Assembly (NCBI GenBank): GCA_002503045.1
Contig: DAQW01000008.1
Span: forward strand, 1-37,931
Length of the DNA: 37,931 bases
Source: Euryarchaeota archaeon UBA39
GTDB lineage: Archaea > Thermoplasmatota > Poseidoniia > Poseidoniales > Thalassarchaeaceae
Reading direction: 5' to 3'
Shown here: positions 25,319 to 34,665 of the stretch, piece by piece
Layout of the letters: each line of letters starts with the position of its first letter
How positions within the stretch are numbered: position 1 is the first letter of the stretch
Translations under genes and position numbers: made by a program
Notes under the pieces: generated by a model
Database searches by the model: none
Seen by the model: the letters and a program-made list of their open reading frames with translations, nothing else
What the model was told of the DNA's origin: nothing

Positions 25319-27070
25319 TCAGATTAACGGGTCTGGGATTGCTTCTGCCAAAGCCCGTAAGTCGAACTCGCCTGCATGAATTGGGACTTTTAACCCATAA
25401 ATTTCACTTATTTCTGGATCTATTTCTCCAAAGGTCCCCAATTCTATTTCGCCAATTAGCATTTTAGCTCCTCTTCCAGGAATCCATGGGCCTTCTTTAT
25501 CCTCTAATGGGATAAATGAGATGTCTTCTCTAGCACCTAAATCTCTCGTTAATGCTTGAGCAATTCCCTTAGCTGCTGTGAATCCTGCATTTGTTTCAGC
25601 ACATGCCCAAGAAACTCTCCATGCATTATGATGGTCTCGAACTACTTCTCCACACTCTTGAATTCTCTGAGGCAATTCATGGTGCCTATTTTCTGCTAAA
25701 ATTTCTAATAATGATGGAAGTATATTTTGACGAAGAATGGTATGCTCAATTGTGATGGGATTAGCGATTCTAGTCACTTCTCCTTGAGGCCTCCATCTCA
25801 TATTCGAAAATTGTGATATCTCATTCGACAAAGTAAGACTTTGAACTTGCTGAATTCCTTGAGAAGACAGACTTTCATTTATTCTGCGAGTGAGATTTGC
25901 TCGAGTTAACGGAACACCTTCAAGGGCGAGTGATGAATGTGCTTCACCTAGGGATTCATAGCCAATTCCTGTTGCGATTTCTTCGACTAAATCAATTGGG
26001 TGAAGAATGTCAAATCGCCATCGAGGCATTTCGATAATGTGTATTTTTTCACCTACTGATGCCTCCCCCCATCTGTTAGATTTCCTTGGTCCATCTGTTG
26101 CAGTTCGAGTTTCAATTAATTTCCCTCCCATTCTTTCGAGTGCTGAATGAATAACGCTTGATTCGATTTTTCCTCCTAAAATTTTCTCTAACAATGGTTC
26201 AGGTAAGACGTGTGTTCGTGCCTTTCCATTTGGGGTGACCATTTCTTCACCATTGGCACTAGTTAGATTGATACTTTCTATCTCCCCTCCTCGCTCTGCT
26301 AGGGAAAGACAAACCAAGAGTAGTGATGCTTCACATGCTCTTTCATCCCAACCTGTAACATCGATGAAAAAATCAGTTGTTGTTTCAGTTACAGTTGTAT
26401 GGTTTCCATTGATTATCGGTGGAAATGAGAGTGTTCTGCCCACTGCATCTTCGATTACTGGTACACTTTCCATCCCATCAAGAAGATGTGCATATTCCAT
26501 TCCTTTAGGGTGTGAATCGAGGATTTCTTGAATACTCATTTCAGTATTCATCGCTAATGGGATGAATCTGTGATTCCTATCTACTGCTCTAACCTTGAAT
26601 GGGGGTGCAAGAGTGGAAAGGTCATGAACTCCGATCGATGCTAGTCTACGTTTTCTACCGAGAGTAAGGTGTAATTTTTCTTGATGGTCCATTAGTGATT
26701 GAATAAATTGGTCTTTTTCTTCATTTGTTGATCCAATGTTTACATTACGAACAATTGCACCTAGAATTACTGGGCGAATTGTAGATATCTCTGGTTCGAT
26801 TTCCATAGAGATTGTACCTGTTTTAACTTTCAAATTTGGTGAAGTAATATTTGAGTAAAGGAATGCACGAGCAGCCCGTGTCATTGTTTCAACAGATAGG
26901 AGATCTGAGCGGTCGGGAAATACTTCTATTTCGATGCCTTCTTCATCTGCCTCTTCAACTACACATCCGATATCTGAGAGTTCTTTTTCCCATAATTCTG
27001 GGTCGTATACTATGTCATGAAAAGAGAGTAAATTACGAATTGTTTCGTGTTCGTACTTCACTGTGGGCAT
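25319..27070 (-). CDS. pheT: Phenylalanyl-tRNA synthetase beta subunit, archaeal type
   Basis: The MPTVKY start and the 583-aa length are typical. B3/4 and B5 blocks are present (SFPPIINGNHTTVTE, IEMPRWRFDILHPIDLVEEIA.GYGY-like), together with the C-terminal catalytic-like fold. Confidence 0.92.
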   Translation of the reverse strand: MPTVKYEHETIRNLLSFHDIVYDPELWEKELSDIGCVVEEADEEGIEIEVFPDRSDLLSVETMTRAARAFLYSNITSPNLKVKTGTISMEIEPEISTIRPVILGAIVRNVNIGSTNEEKDQFIQSLMDHQEKLHLTLGRKRRLASIGVHDLSTLAPPFKVRAVDRNHRFIPLAMNTEMSIQEILDSHPKGMEYAHLLDGMESVPVIEDAVGRTLSFPPIINGNHTTVTETTTDFFIDVTGWDERACEASLLLVCLSLAERGGEIESINLTSANGEEMVTPNGKARTHVLPEPLLEKILGGKIESSVIHSALERMGGKLIETRTATDGPRKSNRWGEASVGEKIHIIEMPRWRFDILHPIDLVEEIATGIGYESLGEAHSSLALEGVPLTRANLTRRINESLSSQGIQQVQSLTLSNEISQFSNMRWRPQGEVTRIANPITIEHTILRQNILPSLLEILAENRHHELPQRIQECGEVVRDHHNAWRVSWACAETNAGFTAAKGIAQALTRDLGAREDISFIPLEDKEGPWIPGRGAKMLIGEIELGTFGEIDPEISEIYGLKVPIHAGEFDLRALAEAIPDPLI

Positions 27071-27115
27071 AGTATCTCTCCTATGGGTGGAGGCTTCTCG
27101 GTTTGACTCCTTCGT

Positions 27116-28690
27116 CTAACGGCGGGACCACATTGGTAGTGGTTGTCGGATTCCATCAAGTCGTAAACCACTTAGAACAGCGGCTTCATGAGTAGTTGCT
27201 CTTAGATGATGCCTTTGCAGAGAATCAATTGCGGAAACACCCATGGCTTGCATCCATCCACGAGCATGGTCTTCCATTGTCGACAGTTTACCATCAATTT
27301 CAGTTGCAATTTTCTTTACTCCTGTTGGGGGTGTTTCATCATCAATAAATGGTTCAGATACAATCCCATTAAGTCCTGCTGCAATTGACATTAATGCTTC
27401 TGATGGGCTCGGTGTCCAATCAGTCTTTAGAAACACGCTCATCTGTGATTTTTGTTTTGAACGAGCCATGCCAACAGTTGGCAATGTAGATATTGCAGGA
27501 GCAGAGCCGATGGTTCTCACATCTACAATGGCTCCTGCTAAACCTAATTCAGCAGTCATTCTGAGTAATTTTTCGACACGATCAACATCATCCATAAGGA
27601 GGACTGGAGAATCCTTTGGAAGAAAACCGATTGCAATTGTTGCCATAGCATGAATTGCTGCTTCGTTTAGATTAGGGAATGATGAAATATCGATTACTGC
27701 TCCACCTGCTTCTGATAATTCTTGTCTAAGGTTTAGGTAGTTTTCTTGATAGATTCTGAGGTAATCATTTTCTCTTGGCGATGAGTCAACAATACATGGT
27801 TGCCCTTCCAAAGCAGAACCTGCTTTGGAGGGCCCCTTCTGAAGTTGAGGAATCCAAATATTTCTCAGGTGACTTCCCGAAGCAACTCCTGGCATTGTGA
27901 TTTCACTTGATAATTCTACAACGGAAGATGGGGGTAAAGAAGCACCATGGGGGCAAAGACGTAATCCTCCAAATCTCCCCTGTGAAGAAACTTCAGGCGG
28001 TTCTGCTCCAACATGTTCCTCTAAATCGGCTTCAATTATTGTAGCATCCATAGTGAGCTTGAATCCATGTGGTTCTAGCATGTCATTTAATTCAACTAAT
28101 TCATCAGCAGCAATTTCCCTACTATGGGCACCTTTGCCAACTGAACGAACTTTACCATCAACTATGATTCTACCTCCAATCATTCCAGATCCCGCATCAA
28201 TATCTACATTGGAAAGTGCTACTATAGTTCCATCAATCATGCCCGATCCAATTCGTTCACCTACCATTCCTCGAACAACTAGAAGACCTCCAGTCATCGA
28301 TTCTCCTGCATCAAATCCTACATCTCCTCTTACAATTACTGTGCCTCCAGACATTCCTAAAGCAACTCGATCTCCTGTTCCTTTCTCAATAATTGTCTTC
28401 CCATCTTTTTGAAAGGCAGCAGCCAAATTTCCTAATGTGCCCTCAATTTGTAGTAATGCACCCTGATTAGCACTACCTACAAGATCGCCTAAATCACCTA
28501 GTAACCGCATTTTCAGTTTGGCTGGAAAATGTGTCATTACTCCGGTTTCGCCTTTCTTTGGTTTTTCATCACCATCGCGCCCCCACCCAATCTTCAAAGC
28601 CCGATCAAGTTGAATGGCTTGATCAATCATCTTGGCAATATCTCGAGTTAGTTTGACGCTCTTCTGAGTGATCTCTGCTCGTGACTCCAT
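27116..28690 (-). CDS. Glutamate-synthase-related protein: N-terminal GXGXG (GltB domain-3/FwdC-like beta-helix) domain plus C-terminal degenerate domain resembling the FMN-binding TIM barrel
   Basis: Repeated G-x-G-x-G turns (GTGDRVALGMSGGTVIVRGDVGFDAGESMTGGLLVVRGMVGERIGSGMIDGTIVAL...GSGMIGGRIIVDG). The C-terminal half ends like the GltB FMN domain (MEDHARGWMQAMGVSAIDSL) but lacks obvious GGTGA / DGG-type motifs. ATG 28690 (MESRAEITQ) is chosen as start, because the 135-aa ORF-track extension runs antisense into gap. Confidence 0.65.
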   Translation of the reverse strand: MESRAEITQKSVKLTRDIAKMIDQAIQLDRALKIGWGRDGDEKPKKGETGVMTHFPAKLKMRLLGDLGDLVGSANQGALLQIEGTLGNLAAAFQKDGKTIIEKGTGDRVALGMSGGTVIVRGDVGFDAGESMTGGLLVVRGMVGERIGSGMIDGTIVALSNVDIDAGSGMIGGRIIVDGKVRSVGKGAHSREIAADELVELNDMLEPHGFKLTMDATIIEADLEEHVGAEPPEVSSQGRFGGLRLCPHGASLPPSSVVELSSEITMPGVASGSHLRNIWIPQLQKGPSKAGSALEGQPCIVDSSPRENDYLRIYQENYLNLRQELSEAGGAVIDISSFPNLNEAAIHAMATIAIGFLPKDSPVLLMDDVDRVEKLLRMTAELGLAGAIVDVRTIGSAPAISTLPTVGMARSKQKSQMSVFLKTDWTPSPSEALMSIAAGLNGIVSEPFIDDETPPTGVKKIATEIDGKLSTMEDHARGWMQAMGVSAIDSLQRHHLRATTHEAAVLSGLRLDGIRQPLPMWSRR

Positions 28691-28778
28691 TGTCTCTGCT
28701 GGAACTAGCCCGTCCTTGACCCCTTCGCTCCAAATTGCCTTGGAATTGTTGATAGATGGCCTGCCGTGGGGAGCCAAC

Positions 28779-28784
28779 AGGTGA
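28779..28784 (+). promoter_or_regulatory. Shine-Dalgarno-like AGGTGA upstream of gap
   Basis: It is complementary to the conserved 16S 3' end (..CACCU..) and lies 6 nt before ATG 28791. Confidence 0.45.
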
Positions 28785-28790
28785 GTGCAT

Positions 28791-29828
28791 ATGACAATCA
28801 AGGTTGCCATTAATGGATTTGGAACAATTGGGAAGAGAGTAGCGGACGCAGTAGATGCACAAGAGGATATGATTGTGGTAGGTGTTACGAAGACAGGTCC
28901 ATCATTTGGTTGTGATTTAGCTGTGAAGAAGGGATTCCCTTTGTTTTGCACTTTTGATGATCCGGCAAAGATTTCTGCATTTGCAGATGCAGGATATACT
29001 TGTTCTGGAGGCCTATCTGATTTACTTTCAATTGCAGACGTTGTTGTAGATTGTGCCCCTGGAAAATTAGGAGCTGAAAATCTTGAAAAATACAAGAATG
29101 CAGGAATTAAACATATTTTCCAAGGCGGTGAAAAACATACACTTACTGGTAAATCCTATACTTCTAGTGCCAATCATTCAGAGAATATTGGAGTTCAAGG
29201 TACTAGAGTTGTTTCTTGTAATACTACTGGGCTTTCTAGGACTTTAGTTCCTCTATACGAACACTGTGGTTCTTTGAAGGTAGAGTGCACCATGATCAGA
29301 AGAGCTGCTGATCCTGGTGATTCAAAGAAGGGGCCAATTAATGCAATTTCTCCTGTTCTCAAAGTACCAAGTCATCATGGTCCAGATGTAATGACTGTAA
29401 AGCCTGAGATTGAGATTAATTCCTTAGCAGTGGCAGTTCCTACAACAATAATGCACGTTCATGCGATTGTCGCAGATTTGCCTGAAGGTCATGGTTTGAC
29501 TACTGAATCAGTAATACAAATGTGGAAAGAAACTCCTAGAGTAATCGTCATGGAAGGTGCAAAGAATAGAATCACAACAACTGCTGAGGTGATGGAGATG
29601 GCACGAGATATAGGCAGAAAATGGGGGGACCTCCACGAAATTTTTGTATGGCAAGATGGAATTAGCCTTCAAGGAAATAGGTTGTATTATTTCCAAGCTA
29701 TCCATCAAGAGAGCGATGTAATCCCTGAGAACGTTGATTGTATCAGGGCATTAATGGAGACTGAAACGGATTGGAAAGTAAGTGTTGCTAAGACTGATTC
29801 TGCGATTTCATCTTATTATGGTCTGTGA
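28791..29828 (+). CDS. gap: Glyceraldehyde-3-phosphate dehydrogenase, archaeal type II
   Basis: MTIKVAINGFGTIGKRVADAV is the Rossmann N-terminus of archaeal GAPDH. The active site is VVSCNTTGL (Cys codon 29217-29219). VPSHHGPDV is also present. The length is about 345 aa. Confidence 0.93.
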   Translation: MTIKVAINGFGTIGKRVADAVDAQEDMIVVGVTKTGPSFGCDLAVKKGFPLFCTFDDPAKISAFADAGYTCSGGLSDLLSIADVVVDCAPGKLGAENLEKYKNAGIKHIFQGGEKHTLTGKSYTSSANHSENIGVQGTRVVSCNTTGLSRTLVPLYEHCGSLKVECTMIRRAADPGDSKKGPINAISPVLKVPSHHGPDVMTVKPEIEINSLAVAVPTTIMHVHAIVADLPEGHGLTTESVIQMWKETPRVIVMEGAKNRITTTAEVMEMARDIGRKWGDLHEIFVWQDGISLQGNRLYYFQAIHQESDVIPENVDCIRALMETETDWKVSVAKTDSAISSYYGL

Positions 29829-29854
29829 ATAATATTGCACATTTCCATGCAACC

Positions 29855-32800
29855 ATGAAAAAGGGGGGCATTACATCAATGCGTATGCAAGCACGGAGTT
29901 GGAGCCTTTTTCTTGTTTTCATTTTGCTTGTACCCTTGCTTCCATCATCTGATTCATTGAATCAAGAAATGCCCTTAGAAAATGAATCTTGGTCTTCGGA
30001 ACAGGCTTCAGAACATTGGACAATTGGAGCGAGTCCGATTTTGGAATCAAGTTCAATGCGTCAGACAAGTGGCCTACTCCATCCGGTGACTGGCTCTTTC
30101 GATCCACTGGTTGTTACTCCTGTACTTCCTTCAAACTTGCACAATAGTCTAGACGTTATCCAGACTGGAATGTTAATTATTCAGGACATTGATGCTGATA
30201 GAAGCGATTTACATGATTGGCTGAAAATTCAAGATTTTCCCGTTCTAGATATAATTCCAGATGACGCGCTTCTTATTCGAGTTCCTACGGATCCGAATGA
30301 ACTAGATGCTGCTATTTCCGCGATTTCTTCGAATGAAGGAATTCGATGGTTTGGTAGTCAGCATCCTGGGTGGCGTTTGTCTCCAGATCTCCCATCATCT
30401 GGGCTTGTCGATGTGAATATCATTCCTGCTCCTGATCTTGAAGAAGTTGAATTACAACAATTAGAATCCTCAATTTATCTGAAGGGTGCAAAAATTGTAC
30501 ATTGTGATTCTTGGCTTTGCCAAGTGGAGAGAATTCAATCTCATGCTTTGATTGACTTAGTAAACTCAGGAAATATACTTTTTATTGAACCATCTGCAAA
30601 ATTAGTTTACGAGAATATTTATGCCCGTTCAGTTTCAAATATTGATGACGTTTTGACGAATCATAATCCTTCATTAACTGGTCAAGGACAAGTAGTTGCC
30701 ATCTCAGATAGTGGGTTAGATCAAGATCATGGCGATTTCAATGGTAGAATCCGTGCAGTATACAACCAGTATGGACCAGATAATTCTGCTGCAGATATGC
30801 ACAGTGGACATGGAACCCATGTCACTGCTACTCTTCTAGGAGATGGTTCAGGTGATAGTAGTACGCGAGGCATGGCTCCAAATGCGACATTCCATTTCTA
30901 TCAACTTGAATATGATCAAACAGGGGCCTTGGCAAGATACGGATCTTTGTTTGATATGTTTAGACATTCATGGCAACAGAACGCCCGTATGCAAACAAAT
31001 TCTTGGGGCTCTGAGAACTTAGGGGGGCAATACAATTCTGATTCTCGTTCTGCGGATTCATTCGCTGATCAATATGGTGATTTCCTTGTTCTGTTTGCCG
31101 CTGGAAATGAAGGTTCATCAGGTTCAGGAACCATCAGTCCTCCTTCAACTGCAAAGAATGTGCTTACAATTGGTGCATCAACTAGTGGGAGACCAGGTAC
31201 TGCAGCAGCAGGCCAAGTCCCCACGTTCTCTTCTATTGGACCTACATCAGATGGAAGGATAAAACCAGATTTAGTTTCTCCAGGTGTTCAGATTTGTTCT
31301 GCTAGAGCTCAAGAAGCACAGTATCCGATGGGTTCTTCTTGTTCATCTGCTAGACATTCCGATGGCTCAACACCACTATACCAACAAATGGATGGGACTT
31401 CTATGGCAACTCCAGTTGCAGCAGGTAATGCATTATTAGCACGCCAATTTTTGACAGATGAATTTGGGATTTCTTCTCCTCGTTCTGATCTTCTCAAGGC
31501 TTTGTTAGTAAATGGTGCTAAGGATATAGGTGCCAAAGATATACCAAATATGGATGAAGGCTGGGGTCAAATTGATCTTGAACAATCACTCTATCCTAAA
31601 GATGGCATAGTTCCTTTGAATACCTTCATGGATTGGAATCAAACCTTGCAACCTGGTTATTCTTACGTATACACCTATGATTGGGATGCATCTCATGGTG
31701 TCGATATTACTATTGCTTGGACAGATGCTGCTGGTTCTTCCAGTGCCTCTCAATCTACGAAGAGGTTGGTAAATGATCTAGATTTGACTGTAATTGCTCC
31801 TGATGGATCTGTCTACAAAGGAAATGTATTCTCAAATGGATACAGTATTACTGGAGGAGCCAGTGATGATTTGAATAATGTCGAGAGAGTCAAATTACCA
31901 CCTACTTCAGGACTTTCAGGGACATGGGAAATTAGAGTGCAACATACTTCAGGTAATTCACAAGATTTTGCTATGGTTGCAACATCAATTGGTTCTGAGA
32001 ATCTTATTGCTGATCTTGCTGTCTTTTCTGGCTCGCTGTGGGTTTCAGCAGATCAACCACTAGAGGGGGATGCGGTTGTTGTTAGGGCATCTTGGTTAAA
32101 TCAGGCGCCAGGAGCGGCTTCAGGATATGATATTCTGATTGAAGATATTTCTACTTCTCCTCCTACGATTATTCTCCAAAGTAGCCGGGGCCCTATTCAA
32201 GGTGGTTCAGCTGATTCCATAACTACTCAACATACATTCTCTACAACTGGAGTTCATACTCTTAGGTTAACATTGGATTCTGGTGGATCTGTTGCTGAAT
32301 TAAATGATGATATTAATGGTACTGATAACAATCAAATTACTTACGATGTTAATGTTACAGCTATCGGTGTCCGGATAGTCCCATATATGGATGATGGAAG
32401 TCTTCCCGATACTCCTGAGAAATTATCTCAGGCTAGTCGTCGAATAATTGATCCAAGTGTTACTTCGTCAGTTACTTTCAATCTAGATATTATGAATGAA
32501 GGTACAGCCTCAATCGAGGCTGGATTAATTGTTACTCCAGTTCAATTTGTTCGTGATGATGGGATTCTTGATGCCCCGCAAGATGAGTGGTCTAGAACAC
32601 TTTCTGAATCGGGTCCTTGGACCCTACCCGAAGGAGGTGCATCTGGTTCTACTCGTACCATTTCCTTATCTGTAGTTGATGAAGATGCGGATTTTAATGA
32701 CCCATATGGTGCTATTTTTGCCTTACCTGGTACGTATATACTTGATTTGACTATGTATGATAGAAACGCTCCATTGGTGTCCTATACCATCAGATTGACA

Positions 32801-34627
32801 ATTGATGTTGAAAGGGTTGAGGGACTAAATACGGTTATTGCTGGGGATCAAGGTTTGGCAGGAAAACCTGGAGATACAGTTGGGTATACAATTACCGTTA
32901 GAAATTCAGGAAATGGACCAACAATATTTGCAGTAAATTGCGAAAATGATCAACGATGGCCAATTGAATTAGGTAATGGAAACACATCTTCAATAGAACT
33001 CGATCCTTTGAATAGATTACAGTTCATTGGATTATCTGTTCGTATTGTAATCCCTCAGGCATATATGGGTCAACCTGCCGCAGGATCATCCGCAACAGTA
33101 ACTTGTGAAATCAACTCTGCAGTTGATTCATCCATCTCATCTACAGAAATTTCTACTGTTGGAGTTCTAGAGAGTCGAGCTTATTCTGTGGAAATTTTTG
33201 AAGATGATGGTACACCTATTGGTCCATCAGGTTTGGCTATTCAACGTGCTGTATTGAATGATGAGATCGTAAATACCACTATCAATGTTGAAAATAAAGG
33301 AAATACTCCTTTCGATGTTGATATTTCGATGAGTACTGGATTAGTTTCTTGGCCAGTTTGGCTTTATGTCGATGGAAATCAAGTCTCTTCTCCTTATTCA
33401 GTTAATCTTCAGCCAGGAGTTGTTTCCTATCTTCAAGTTCAGATGGCAGTTTCTCCAAATGCAGATAATTTTGATGTTAACGTAGTGACAATCCGGACCT
33501 CACTTTCTGGATCAATACCTACTGTTAATCAAACAAAATTCATTGTTGAACAACGTACTGATTTTTCTCTTGAGGGTCCTGAATCGGGAATAATTGACGT
33601 ATCTCCTGGTTCTACGTCTAACTTTAATGTTACAGTGAGCAATACTGGTAATGTCCCAATAGTGTTGAATTGGACCTTCCCTTCTCTCCCAGATGGTTGG
33701 TCAATTGGTTTTCTTTCTTTAGCCCCATATAGTTTGATGATGGGTGAAGTTAGAACTGTGAATATTGGCCTTTCAGTTCCTTTGGGGTTAGAATCTGGTG
33801 TATCTGCCACAGAAGTTGGTTTATTGGTACAGGGTGGGCTATCCTCTTCATCATTGGATATTTCCCAATCAGTCCTTCTTGGAGTTCGAGTCTCATCACT
33901 TGCAGTACCCGTTGTCACATTTGACGAAAATAGATTTAATGATCTTCCAAGAGGAGAATCCTCTAATTTGATAATGCATTTGAGTAATGGAGGTAACTTA
34001 CCCCTTACCGCTTCCCTTGATTTAGTTGGTCCAGAAGGGTGGAATTATGATTTTGATCAGCAATCAATTTCTGATTTATCACCAGGTAATACAGTTGATA
34101 TTATTCTTATCATTAATCCCTCAGAAGAAGTATCTTCTGGAGTACAGAATTTTGTTATAATTACTACAGTAGATGGAATTGAGATGGAAACTGGTGGTTT
34201 TGAGGCTACTGCAGCAGCATCTACATCAGGTGGTGGTGCAATTGGTTTACTTGAATCAATAGGAGTTCCTACTTGGGCAGCAGGTATTTTGGTAATGTTA
34301 GTAATTGTAGGTCTGTTTGCTGGAACATTCATTCTTCGGAATCGTGGGATTTCGTCTTTATCTGAAGGCGAACGATTAATTCCAGCAGGATCCACCTTGA
34401 ATCAAGGTGATTACCAAACTCGATTTGATGCCGCCATAAATACTGGAAATGAAGAAAACTCATTGGTTAGCGGAGGAGTTTCACAGGCAGAGATAGATGC
34501 CGCGTTAAACAGTGGTCTTGCTCCGTTACCCCCTCCAACTCCTGAAGGCTTGCCTCCTGGTTTCTCCAGACCCCCTCCTCCATCATTGCCACCAGGCCTT
34601 CCACCGGGGCTCCCTCCTTCCGAATAG
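29855..34627 (+). CDS. Giant membrane-tethered subtilisin-like serine protease (peptidase S8) with P-domain, CARDB/NEW3-like repeats, C-terminal TM and proline-rich cytoplasmic tail
   Basis: Catalytic triad motifs: VVAISDSGLD (Asp 30707-30709), HGTHVTATLLG (His 30809-30811), GTSMATPVAAG (Ser 31400-31402). Signal peptide SWSLFLVFILLVPLLPS. Post-catalytic LVNDLDLTVIAPDGS is P-domain-like. There are many repeats of the PGDTVGYTITVRNSGNGP / PGSTSNFNVTVSNTGNVP type. The TM is at 34274-34336. The start could be ATG 29855 or ATG 29879; the GTG at 29825 overlaps the gap stop. Confidence 0.9.
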   Translation: MKKGGITSMRMQARSWSLFLVFILLVPLLPSSDSLNQEMPLENESWSSEQASEHWTIGASPILESSSMRQTSGLLHPVTGSFDPLVVTPVLPSNLHNSLDVIQTGMLIIQDIDADRSDLHDWLKIQDFPVLDIIPDDALLIRVPTDPNELDAAISAISSNEGIRWFGSQHPGWRLSPDLPSSGLVDVNIIPAPDLEEVELQQLESSIYLKGAKIVHCDSWLCQVERIQSHALIDLVNSGNILFIEPSAKLVYENIYARSVSNIDDVLTNHNPSLTGQGQVVAISDSGLDQDHGDFNGRIRAVYNQYGPDNSAADMHSGHGTHVTATLLGDGSGDSSTRGMAPNATFHFYQLEYDQTGALARYGSLFDMFRHSWQQNARMQTNSWGSENLGGQYNSDSRSADSFADQYGDFLVLFAAGNEGSSGSGTISPPSTAKNVLTIGASTSGRPGTAAAGQVPTFSSIGPTSDGRIKPDLVSPGVQICSARAQEAQYPMGSSCSSARHSDGSTPLYQQMDGTSMATPVAAGNALLARQFLTDEFGISSPRSDLLKALLVNGAKDIGAKDIPNMDEGWGQIDLEQSLYPKDGIVPLNTFMDWNQTLQPGYSYVYTYDWDASHGVDITIAWTDAAGSSSASQSTKRLVNDLDLTVIAPDGSVYKGNVFSNGYSITGGASDDLNNVERVKLPPTSGLSGTWEIRVQHTSGNSQDFAMVATSIGSENLIADLAVFSGSLWVSADQPLEGDAVVVRASWLNQAPGAASGYDILIEDISTSPPTIILQSSRGPIQGGSADSITTQHTFSTTGVHTLRLTLDSGGSVAELNDDINGTDNNQITYDVNVTAIGVRIVPYMDDGSLPDTPEKLSQASRRIIDPSVTSSVTFNLDIMNEGTASIEAGLIVTPVQFVRDDGILDAPQDEWSRTLSESGPWTLPEGGASGSTRTISLSVVDEDADFNDPYGAIFALPGTYILDLTMYDRNAPLVSYTIRLTIDVERVEGLNTVIAGDQGLAGKPGDTVGYTITVRNSGNGPTIFAVNCENDQRWPIELGNGNTSSIELDPLNRLQFIGLSVRIVIPQAYMGQPAAGSSATVTCEINSAVDSSISSTEISTVGVLESRAYSVEIFEDDGTPIGPSGLAIQRAVLNDEIVNTTINVENKGNTPFDVDISMSTGLVSWPVWLYVDGNQVSSPYSVNLQPGVVSYLQVQMAVSPNADNFDVNVVTIRTSLSGSIPTVNQTKFIVEQRTDFSLEGPESGIIDVSPGSTSNFNVTVSNTGNVPIVLNWTFPSLPDGWSIGFLSLAPYSLMMGEVRTVNIGLSVPLGLESGVSATEVGLLVQGGLSSSSLDISQSVLLGVRVSSLAVPVVTFDENRFNDLPRGESSNLIMHLSNGGNLPLTASLDLVGPEGWNYDFDQQSISDLSPGNTVDIILIINPSEEVSSGVQNFVIITTVDGIEMETGGFEATAAASTSGGGAIGLLESIGVPTWAAGILVMLVIVGLFAGTFILRNRGISSLSEGERLIPAGSTLNQGDYQTRFDAAINTGNEENSLVSGGVSQAEIDAALNSGLAPLPPPTPEGLPPGFSRPPPPSLPPGLPPGLPPSE

Positions 34628-34665
34628 TCCGTTCCACTTATCTCTAGGACCCTGTTCAGAAGACC

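Noticed and set aside
27897-28412. 171-aa proline-rich plus-strand ORF (PPIIPDPASIS...PTIPRTTRRPPVIDSP).
   Set aside because: It is the antisense image of the Gly-rich GXGXG repeats (GGN codons read as NCC = Pro). The minus-strand product has a clear domain identity.
28691-29095. 135-aa N-terminal extension of the minus-strand GXGXG ORF, overlapping the first 300 nt of gap.
   Set aside because: The extension is compositionally odd (Ser/Thr/Pro/Ala-rich, no motif) and antisense to the highly conserved Rossmann N-terminus of GAPDH. ATG 28690 gives a sensible divergent spacer of about 100 nt.
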